A stretch of DNA of 64,000 nt from Blepharisma stoltei ATCC 30299. Its lineage: Eukaryota > Protista > Ciliophora. The notes beneath the pieces are model-generated. The model saw nothing but the letters and a program-made list of their open reading frames with translations. It was not told where the DNA came from and ran no database searches. Both the position numbers and the translations under genes were made by a program. How positions within the stretch are numbered: position 1 is the first letter of the stretch; every line of letters starts with the position of its first letter. The stretch lies in NCBI GenBank assembly GCA_965603825.1, contig CBFDEM010000038.1, positions 62,001 to 126,000 of the forward strand. The letters are read 5' to 3'. Positions 1 to 9,471 of the stretch are shown here, piece by piece.

Positions 1-2536
1 CCCTCAAGGAAACTATATTCTTGAAGAATTATATGATCTTGGGGTGAAAAAGGAGATTTAGTTATTGGCTGCTGGTATCAAGACTTGCCTAGTTTCATGC
101 TGATAAATGATACCAACTTATATAAAAGATTGGAAGTTGGAATTCCAATATTTACTCTTATTGGTGAATTCTGATCCGGAAATTTAGGTCATGATATCTT
201 ACAAAGAATATGCTCTGATTATCACTCAGAGCCGAGCTCTTTTTCTTGTTTCTATGCTGACGCTGCTTATCTGATTACTAGTGCCTTGAATTATATTATA
301 AATAGAGGGCATGATTATAATGATCCATATAAACTTATGGCAGCTATAAGAACTACTCAGTTTCACGGCTGCGCTGGAAGTGTGAGCATTGAGAAAGGAA
401 GTAACGATAGGATCGTTGATAAAATGATTATTGAAGGTGCTAAACGTAATGCAGATGGAAGTGCTTCAATCTATACAATTGGAAATTACCGACCTTTCAG
501 CTCATAGGTAATCTCTATTATAAACCCAATCATATATGCTGATGGTTCTACACGAAAACCGAGCGAATATAGAGATATAAACAATAGATGCCCAGTTCCT
601 AAAGAACAAATAAAGACTTTTAAGAAAGGAAGAGGGCTTTTATTTGAAATTTGTTTCATATCAGCGTTAATTATGATTGCTATTATATTCTATATTTGGA
701 AGAAATGGTGAAATATCTCTGTTGATCCACTAAAACAAAAAGAAGAAATATCAATTCAAGATGCCATTCTCGCTGCCAGTATTGGAAATGAGTTCTTTCA
801 GTATGTGCCAATGGGACCAGACTTTAAGCTGATAAGCCCTTTGCTTTCAGAGCTCAGTGGGTTGTTTTCATTGAACTTGGAAGAAGCAATAAAGCTGGAA
901 AACGGAGTCTTTTGGATCGTTGTTAAGTTCGAATATGGAGGAATAGGACTTTGAATTTTACTTTGTCTTGTTATTCTGCTGCAGTTTGATGATAGATTTC
1001 CACATTTTTCACTGTTCAGACTTTTGAGATGGATTTCTGATTTTTTGATGCCTATTTTGGGAAATCTTTGCTTTATTCCGTTTATTTCAATTTGCTTATT
1101 CCTCCATTTAATAGCAGTACCCTTTTAATGATTGATAATTGAAGGATATACATAAAATTGTAAAAATAAATTTATATCCTTTTAAATATTTTTCTAATCT
1201 TTTGATTTAACGCAATTTTGGCTGGGGAGTCGTTTAAGTTGATTCATGCTGGCGAAACCAAACCTCAAATGATAACACCACTTACTTTGAGTTTCTGAAA
1301 TATAGAAAGTTGGCTTGTCCAACTTAAATTAATTGAACTAATTTTTTTCCCTAGAGAAAGATTGGGAGTTCGAGCCAAAATCGTTCTCGAGGCTATATAG
1401 GATTTCATAGATCATAGCAAGTCTAATATAAGCCAAATTAATTATAGAATGCAGGGTTAAAATAAAGGTATATATAAATTTTTTGGGTTCTTTTTGCTTT
1501 TTGAATCTTATGGATATTTTATAATAGTTTCAAACTATTAGCGATTATAAAAATTGCTAAACTTTCAAATTTTAGCACAGATATATAAGGATTTTAAGAT
1601 AATTAAGTTGATAAAATCAAGAAAACTAGATTTTTTACTGTAGTTTGATACACAGGCTGGGTATCGGGTTCCATGCATGGGAATTATTCGAAGTGTGGAG
1701 CCAAACTCCACACATGCAGCCTCATAACTCGAATGACTCCGTACACGAAATTTGGCCCCACTTGTAGAATTTTTCTCTATATGAGAAAATTTTAAGCGTG
1801 TGGAGCCGAAACACAATAGGCCTTAAATATATATTTAAAAACTATAGGTATAGCCGAGTGGCATTGTTAGCTTGTTGAGTTGGACATTTTTCAATGCGAT
1901 ATATCAATAGGGGACAGCTTTACTGATAGCATTCTCGCAAAAGATTGTTATTATTTCTGCTGGAAAGGTAAACATTTAATATATGCAATTATCTCATTTT
2001 TTGCATTGCTGTTCTATGAGCCGCTGGCTATCTTCTGGCGGCCGCTTTGGCAAGAATTGCAGCCTACACTGCATGCTAAAACTGTGCCCTTGTTTCTAAT
2101 GGTTAAAACAGTAGTGCAAACCTCACTTATTGTTCTAAACGGTACAGCTAAAAGATCGTTTGATATTGCTCATGGACTGATATTTATCGTATTTATGGCT
2201 TTTTATGCATTATTTATTTTCAAAATCAAGCCTTACAATTATTCAAGGTTTAGCTGATGGCAAGGCATGAGTATAATTGGAGTTATTTGACTTGCATTAC
2301 TCTCATTTCCAGGACTCATAACAAATAATTGGAATCTATCGATTTCACTATTTGTAGTTCTTCTTTCAGGCTGGGGCATTATCATATTAGTTGGTTTGTA
2401 TATTCAAATAAAAAAGTTTCCTAGTATGCTTTACAGGAAAAAAGGATATGACCCAAGTACTTTATTTAAGTTTGCTTTTACCTTTGGTAAAAGTTCAAAA
2501 ATTTCTTTAGAAAATTTCAACAAACTAGAAGTATAG
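1..2536 (+). pseudogene. 3' part of a disrupted copy of the Venus-flytrap (ANF-receptor-like) multi-TM receptor gene; tandem paralog of 2875..6290
   Basis: Colinear and highly similar to 4536..6290. Has an in-frame TAG at 505-507 (CAG in the paralog) and a 784-bp insertion at 1098..1881. Ends at TAG 2534-2536. The 5' part lies outside the window. Confidence 0.85.
1098..1881. mobile_element. 784-bp insertion of unknown class with a TT direct repeat at the junctions, rich in palindromes
   Basis: The paralog reads TTTGC-TT-GGACA uninterrupted. Here TTTGCTT ends at 1097 and TTGGACA starts at 1880. No terminal inverted repeats or transposase were recognised, so the insertion is certain but its mobility is inferred. 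Confidence 0.5.
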
Positions 2537-2874
2537 TATCTTCTTAGTGAAGATAATAATTAGTATAAGATATCTATTTAATCTTTTTGCCATTAGCATC
2601 ATAATACCGTAACTTTATTTTATAAGCATTATTGAAATTGTAATTTCGATTATTTTAATTTTAAATTACATTTTAACCAAATTTTTATTAAAATAAATGG
2701 CTTCATAATTTAACACAAAATGCTATTAATGTTAAATTTATTTGTATCTAGTCCAAATGCAATAAATGAATATAAACTGAAGGGAAGTAAAACCTAATTT
2801 AGAAATATGGATTCGATTGCCAGCCAGCATTGAAATTTTTTATAATAAGATATTTTTTTATTTTTTAAAAATAA

Positions 2875-5800
2875 ATGAAAGCTGCTTTTAATCCAAAATG
2901 CTTTTATTCCAAACTATTTCTTTGCTTTCTTTTTGTCAAGCTGTGCCATCCTCTAGAAATAATACTGGCTCGTTATGATTCCTCTAAGAGCAGCCTGAAT
3001 GCACTTGATGATAAAAGTATTCAAGAAATATATTGATCCTTTCCCTCAATTGAGTGGCACGAATGCAATATATCTATGATAAAAGATTGCATTTTGTCTC
3101 ATCCTGGGAGCTTAGTTTTACTAGATATTTCAAAGGCATTTCATGTGCAATTTAAAATTTCACAAATTTGTAGTGAGCTATCTTTGGTGCATTTGGTCTA
3201 TCAAAGCAAGTTTTATTATGAAGATGAGTGGACTTACTCTCTTATTCGCCAACAAAATAAGCAACTGGATGCACTTTTGGCTCTTTTAAACACTTCAATT
3301 GGGCGCAAGGAATTTTTATTTCTGACCAGGCAAAGTATGAGTGGAGAGATAGCATCATAGGATTTTCATCAGAATTTGAATGGCTTACAGTTGAATCTGA
3401 GACTAGCATTGAGGAACTAGTTAATGGAGTTGTTTTTCAATTGGGTTCTACACTTTATTATATTTTAACTGGAACTTTTGAATCAGCTCAAATTCTAAAC
3501 TCTTTAAGTAATAAAAAGCTTTTGAGTAGTGGAAACGGAATAGTTTTGCTTCAAGAAGGTGGCTATGGCTGCAATTATAACGGAGCTTTAATTCTAACAG
3601 AGATTGGTCAAGAGCTTACATTTTCAGCCGAAGATTATTTCAAAAACTCTGCCATAAGAGCTATTGATATTTTAGAAAGAAATGAATTTACTGGTGATTT
3701 TAAGAAGCTTCTCGATGCAAAAATTACTGAATATCATAATGAAGACCAGTTTTCTATAATTAACATTCAGAATGGAATGAGAAAAGCTGTTGGATCTATT
3801 CAGAACGGTAATGTAACTATTTTCGGAGATTTGATTTTTCCAGGTCAATCTAGTATTATACCTAAGTCAACTAAAAAGATTTTGCAGTTAAGCATAAGTG
3901 CTGGAACTACAAATCCTGGCGCATCTGCAAGTCCAATTGCAGTAGTAGGTGCTCGAGGCAGTTTTGCAGTTCAAGACCTAATAAATGAAGGGAATGATAT
4001 TTTGCCACACTTTTATCTAAAAATTATTAGCTTTGATTGTGGAGTCACTGTTTTCAATGCTTCTTTTACAGAATCTTGCTTCAGCAAAAGCATAGATCAG
4101 CTAGGATTATCTCATATTTCTGCTTTCAGCTCGACGATAACTATTGGATCCATCCAAATATTCAAAAACTTAAATATAACAGTTCCAGTTATTGGAGCCA
4201 CAAATGCTGACGATTCATTGAGTTCTATAGTAAACTTTCCTACCTACTCAAGGGTACAAATGGCTTATTCTTTTATTTGTCCTAAATTTTCAATTATTAT
4301 TAAAGGATTGGGATGAAATTCAGCTGCTGTTCTATATCAAAACGACGCTTGAGGCCTTGCTGCATACTCTTATATTAAAAAGAATTCAGAGGTCTTAGGA
4401 TTAAGATTAGTGAATCCTGAGAAACTTAGGACTATCCCTGCAGGTCTAAGCAAAAGCGGTCTTAAAAATTACACAAATGCTCTTCAAGAAGTTATTGACT
4501 CTCAGGCAAGGCTGCTTCTTTTGATTATTCAATATCCATTAGGAAACTATATACTAGAGCAGCTATATGATCTCGGTGCAAGAAAAGGAGATTTTGTTAT
4601 TTGTGCAGGATATCAAGATTTGCCGACTCTGATTTCAATAAATGACACTAACTTATATAAAAGATTAGAAATCGGCATACCAATGTTTACTCTTGTGAGC
4701 GAATACTGAGCAGGAAACGTAGGTCAAGAAGCTCTAAAAAGAATAAGATCTGCTTATTATTCTGAACCAAGCGCTTTTTCATGTTTTTATGTTGACGCTG
4801 CTTATCTAATTGCTAGTGCTTTGGATTACATGATAAACCGAGGGCATGACTATACTAACCCTGAAAAACTTATGGCAACGATAAGAACTACTCAGTTTTA
4901 TGGCTGTACTGGAAGAGTGAGCATTGAGAAAGGAAGTAACGACAGAATTGTTGACCGAATGATTATTGAAGGTGTTAAACTTACTTCAGACGGAAGTACT
5001 TCAATTTATACAATTGGCAATTTTAGACCTTTCAGCTCTCAGGTAATCTCTATTATAAATCCTATTATATATGCGGATGGCTCCACGCAAAAGCCGAGTG
5101 AATATAGAAATACAAATAATAGATGCCCATTTCCTGATAAAAAAATGAAAACTTTTAAGAAAGGAAGAGGGCTTTTATTTGGAATTTGTTTCACTTCAGC
5201 TTTAATTATGATTGTTATTACATTCTATATTTGGAAGAAATGATGAAATATCTCAGTTGAGCCACTACACCAGAAAGAAGAAATATCAATTCAGGATGCC
5301 ATTGTCGCTGCCAGTATTGGAATTGAGTTCTTTCAGTATGCATCAATGGGACCAGACTTTAAGTTGATAAGCCCTTTACTTTCAGAACTCAGTGGATTGT
5401 TTTCATTGAACTTGGAAGATGTAATAAAGCTTGAAAACGGAGTCTTTTGGATCGTTGTTGACGTAGTGTATGGAGGAATAGGACTCTGAATTTTACTTTG
5501 TCTTGTTATTCTGCTACAACTTGATGAGAAGTTTCCATATATTTCACTGTTTAGATTTTTGAAGTGGCTTTCTGACTTTTTGATGCCTATTTTAGGAAAT
5601 CTTTGCTTTATTCCGTTTATTTCAATTTGCTTGGACATTTTTCAATGCGATATATCAATAGGAGACAACTTTACTGATAGCATTCTCGCAAAAGATTGTT
5701 ATTATTTCTGCTGGAAAGATGAGCATTTAATATATGCAATTATCTCATTTTTTGCATTGCTGTTCTATGAGCCGCTGGCTATCTTCTGTCGACCGCTTTG

Positions 5801-6290
5801 ACAAGAATTGCAGCCTACACTGCATGTTAAAACTGTGCCCTTGTTTCTAATGGTTAAAACAGTAGTGCAAACCTCACTTATTGTTCTAAACGGTACAGTT
5901 AAAAGATCGTTTGATATTACTCATGGACTGATATTTATCGTATTTATGGCTTTTTATGCAGTATTTATTTTCAAATTCAAGCCTTACAATTATTCAAGAT
6001 TTAGCTGATGGCAAGGCTTGAGTGTAATTGGAATTATTTGACTTGCATTACTCTCATTACCTGGACTGATAACAAATAATCAGAATTTATCTATTTCATT
6101 ATTTGCAGTTCTTCTTTTAGGCTGGGGCATTATCATATTAGTTGGTTTGTATATCCAAACAAAAAAGTTGCCTAGTATGCTCTTCAGGAAAAAGGGATAT
6201 GACCCAAGTACTTTATTTAAGTTTGCTTTTACCTTTGGCAAAAGTTCCAAAATTTCTCTAGAAAAATTGCAGCAAACTATAAAAGTATAG
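2875..6290 (+). CDS. Receptor-like protein: hydrophobic N-terminus, extracellular Venus-flytrap/ANF-receptor-like region, C-terminal multi-pass TM domain; needs one -1 frameshift at about 3285-3291
   Basis: ATG at 2875. With TGA=Trp, ORFs 3441, 4410, 4821, 5559 and 5808 join in one frame to TAG 6288-6290. Motifs: LLxHFNW (after the shift), GLGWNSAAVLYQNDAWG, FYGCTGRVSI. Could be a pseudogene or assembly indel. Confidence 0.75.
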
Positions 6291-6494
6291 TATCTTTTAA
6301 ACAAAGATAATAAGTAGAATACTCTTAGTATAAAAAATCTTTTAAGCCTCTTTAAATTAAAATCATATTACAAAACTGCATTACCCAAGCTTTATTGCAA
6401 TTCTACTTATGTTTTAGTTTTATCTTAATTTTATTTAAACAATTTTTTATCAATAAACGTTTACAAGACTAAATAATAAAATTACAAACAATAA

Positions 6495-7121
6495 ATGTTT
6501 GCAAAATATTCGCACAAAATTGTTTTTAAATGAAGATTAGTAAGGTCATTTTCGAACGATGATATGTTCAAGGATAGTGATGGCAAATGGAAGACTAAGT
6601 GGGATCCTGAAAAAAGCATGTCTTACCATGATAACCCAATGTATAAAGAATTACCAAAATACAAGACTATGCTTGATCCTAAATTTAAGCCGACCAAAGA
6701 AAACATGACTGAATACGAGCTCCCAGCAGATATGGAAAGGTCTAAAGAGATTCTTCAAATCTGGGCAATGAATGAAGACTTCTTCTCTGTGAATCAGGTA
6801 TGGATTAAGGGGCCGATATGTGTATTCCCAGAAGCAGTATTTCAGTGGCATGTTGACAAGCCTAAGAACCTTCAAGAGCATCATTTTGAGATTGCAAAAT
6901 TCATTAGGCCAAAAATTGAATATATCGTTGTTGGCACAGGCAAAATTGGCAAGAATCCAATAAATAACTATATAAAGAATCGCTTTCGAGCTCACGGCAT
7001 TAATATTGACTACTGTGCCACTGTAATTTCTATTTAGTTCGAAGCATGCGGAACTTTCAACTTATGCGCTGATGATAGAAGAAGAGTCTGTGCCTTTTTA
7101 TTTCCTATTAATACAGAATAG
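6495..7121 (+). CDS. NDUFAF3: Mth938-domain protein, NDUFAF3-like complex I assembly factor; join(6495..7022,7038..7121)
   Basis: PKIEYIVVGTG plus the spliced TFEACGTFN...RRVCAFLFP motif. Basic presequence-like N-terminus containing one TGA-Trp. Confidence 0.75.
7023..7037 (+). other. 15-nt spliceosomal intron GTAATTTCTATTTAG
   Basis: GT..AG with A at position 10. Removal deletes a TAG and restores the Mth938 C-terminal motif. Confidence 0.9.
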
Positions 7122-7165
7122 TTAACAATCATCTACTTAATTTATTATTAATTGCATCAAATAGG

Positions 7166-7693
7166 ATGGATTACAGCAATTTCCTAGACGAATTTGAAAT
7201 AGATCCCTACGTGAACGCAGTGATATTTGAAAGCGGACTCTTAGTTTTATTAGGAATAGTCATTACAATCTCAATGTCGTTTTTTAATATCGCTTATTCC
7301 CTCCCAATCAGTTTTTATATCTTTGCATTTGGCTTTACAGGGATTCTCGGAATACTAAATGTATGCAGACCAAAAAAATTTTTTACCTATACACATATAG
7401 CTGCAGTAACAATTCTGATTTTCATGAATATTCTGCTTGTCTCTGGCTCATCGTTTTATACGATCTTGGGATATTACTACTTGCTAAATCTGAATTGTGA
7501 GCCGACGTTTAATGGAGAATGTATATGGGATGATAACATTTCTGATTATATAGAGAAGACATTTGGGTCAGTTTTCGCTGCTTCATTGATATTGACATCA
7601 ATTTGTATGGTATCACTTCATCATGCTAAAACTCTGAAAGAAAAAATAGAAAGCATAAAGCTGAATTCAAGGCTTCTTCCTAGTGATCAATAA
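7166..7693 (+). CDS. Hypothetical 4-TM membrane protein, 175 aa
   Basis: ATG..TAA ORF with four hydrophobic segments and a Cys pair in the large loop. Confidence 0.8.
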   Translation: MDYSNFLDEFEIDPYVNAVIFESGLLVLLGIVITISMSFFNIAYSLPISFYIFAFGFTGILGILNVCRPKKFFTYTHIAAVTILIFMNILLVSGSSFYTILGYYYLLNLNCEPTFNGECIWDDNISDYIEKTFGSVFAASLILTSICMVSLHHAKTLKEKIESIKLNSRLLPSDQ

Positions 7694-7721
7694 ATTCAAG
7701 GCTTCTTCCTAGTGATCAATA
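7664..7721 (+). repeat. Perfect 29-bp tandem duplication spanning the stop codon
   Basis: AATTCAAGGCTTCTTCCTAGTGATCAATA at 7664-7692 and 7693-7721. Confidence 0.95.
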
Positions 7722-7796
7722 ATTATAAACTACCTATTATTTTAATTAATTGAGAAATTCTCTATTATTTAATTATACTCTTTAATTAACAATTAA

Positions 7797-9434
7797 ATGG
7801 AAAGTGATTTAAACTCAATTTTGGAAGACGCTGAAAGGATAAAATCCTTATCAGGCGAAAGGCTTAGAACACTTACTCGTTCTCCTGACAAAGCTTATGA
7901 TAATCGAGACAGCCTACTTAGACAATGCCGAGATACCATTGAAGTCCTAACAGCTGATATAGAAGAAGAAAAAAGGCAAAGGAAGCAAGCAGAACTCACA
8001 GCAAAAGAGCTAGAATTCAAAAACAGAAGTCTAGAGAACAAAGCAAAAATCCTTGAAGAAAAAATTGAGGGGCTGAATGATGATATTGATTCTCTTGCAG
8101 ATGCAAATACATATCTTCAAGGAGAGCTCAATAAATACCAAATTGAAAACTTTAATTCTTCAGAACAAGCTCTAAGTGACCAATTAAATGAGGCAAGGGA
8201 TAAAATCCTGAAGCTTGAGAGCAGCTTAACAATCTTCCAATCAGAAAATTCCAAGCTGAAAACCCAATGTGAAGCAAATAAAAGCGTGATTTCACGATTG
8301 GAGTCTGAAGTATACGGCTACAAAATTTCACATGAAGATTTAGAAGCCAATGCAAAAAAATTGCAGACGATGGAAACAGAGCTTGAAGACCTTTATGAGA
8401 AAAAGCATCAAGACCTCAAAAGCGATTACGATAAAAAACACAATGAAATGAGGACAAACATTGAAGAATTGAGAAAAGAAAAAGAAATGTATATGGCTCT
8501 TTATAAAGATGCTACTGAAGAAAACAGCCAAATCAGAAACGAAAATAAATTTCTGCAAAACATGCTGGAACGCAAGCAACAGCAGCTAGAAAAACACTCC
8601 CAGGAGACCTTAGAAACAATACAAGAAATGATCGGCAGGAAATCTGATGTAAACATTTCAGAAAGACTAAAAGAGCTAGAAGAAGAAAACGCGATACTCA
8701 AAGAGGAGCTAAATTATATGCATGAACAGCTAGATCTCAAAGAGAAACACAAGCTAAAAGAAGACGAAAGCGACTGAAACATAAGCCAAGAACTCTCAAG
8801 GGTGCTAGAAAAAGAAAGCGAGGCCCAACAAGAAGTCCAGAGGCTGAATCTAAAGATTGAAACCCTTGAAAACACGTTGAGAGGAGAAAGAAATGAAAAG
8901 AAAATGCTGTCAAGCAGCATTGAAAGGATGCAAAAAGTGATTGATGCTCAAAATGAAGAGCTGAAAGGAAATATCAGTCTTGATATCTCAATCCAAAGAC
9001 AAATGGAAATTTTGAAATCGAAGTACCAAGCTGAGCTGCGTGCTGAGATGGAGAAAAGATTAAAAGACAAGCAGGATTATAAGAAGCTGCTAATTCAAGA
9101 TAAAGAAGCGTTTAACCGAAAAATCGATCTAATGCAAAGCAAAATAAAAGCCCTTGAAATAGAAAACCAAAACTACTCAGAACAGATCAGCGAGCTTAAA
9201 TCAAATAAATTTTTAGAAATCTCAAAAGAAAATGACGAACTTAACGAAATCAGGCTAAATTTGAGCACAGAAAGAGAAAAAAGAATTATCGCTGAAAGAT
9301 CAGCAAAGGTAGCTTATAAGTAGAAAATCAAAGAACGCTTAAATGGAGTCGGAAAAGGCGTAAAAGCCCTCGAAGACGAAATTTTGAGCATGGAAACCAG
9401 AGTCCAGCGGACAAGAAATGAGGCGCGCTACTAA
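7797..9434 (+). CDS. Long coiled-coil protein; join(7797..9308,9324..9434)
   Basis: ORFs 7797 and 8802 join through TGA 8775-8777. One 15-nt intron. E/K/L-rich heptads. Ends in TAA. Confidence 0.85.
9309..9323 (+). other. 15-nt intron GTAGCTTATAAGTAG
   Basis: GT..TAG with A10. The coiled-coil frame continues for 36 codons after removal. Confidence 0.85.
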
Positions 9435-9471
9435 AGAAACCTAATGTCATTTATAGTTAATAATCCGTTAA

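Noticed and set aside
505-507. TAG aligned to CAG as evidence for UAG=Gln
   Set aside because: A single case in a copy that also has a large insertion. TAG terminates several intact genes (7121, 39803, 41105).
1565-1816. 83-aa minus-strand ORF in the insertion as a possible transposase fragment
   Set aside because: Non-ATG start and no DDE, HUH or RT motif recognised.
1096-1881. Canonical TA-bounded IES or MITE
   Set aside because: The junction repeat is TT, not TA, and there are no terminal inverted repeats.
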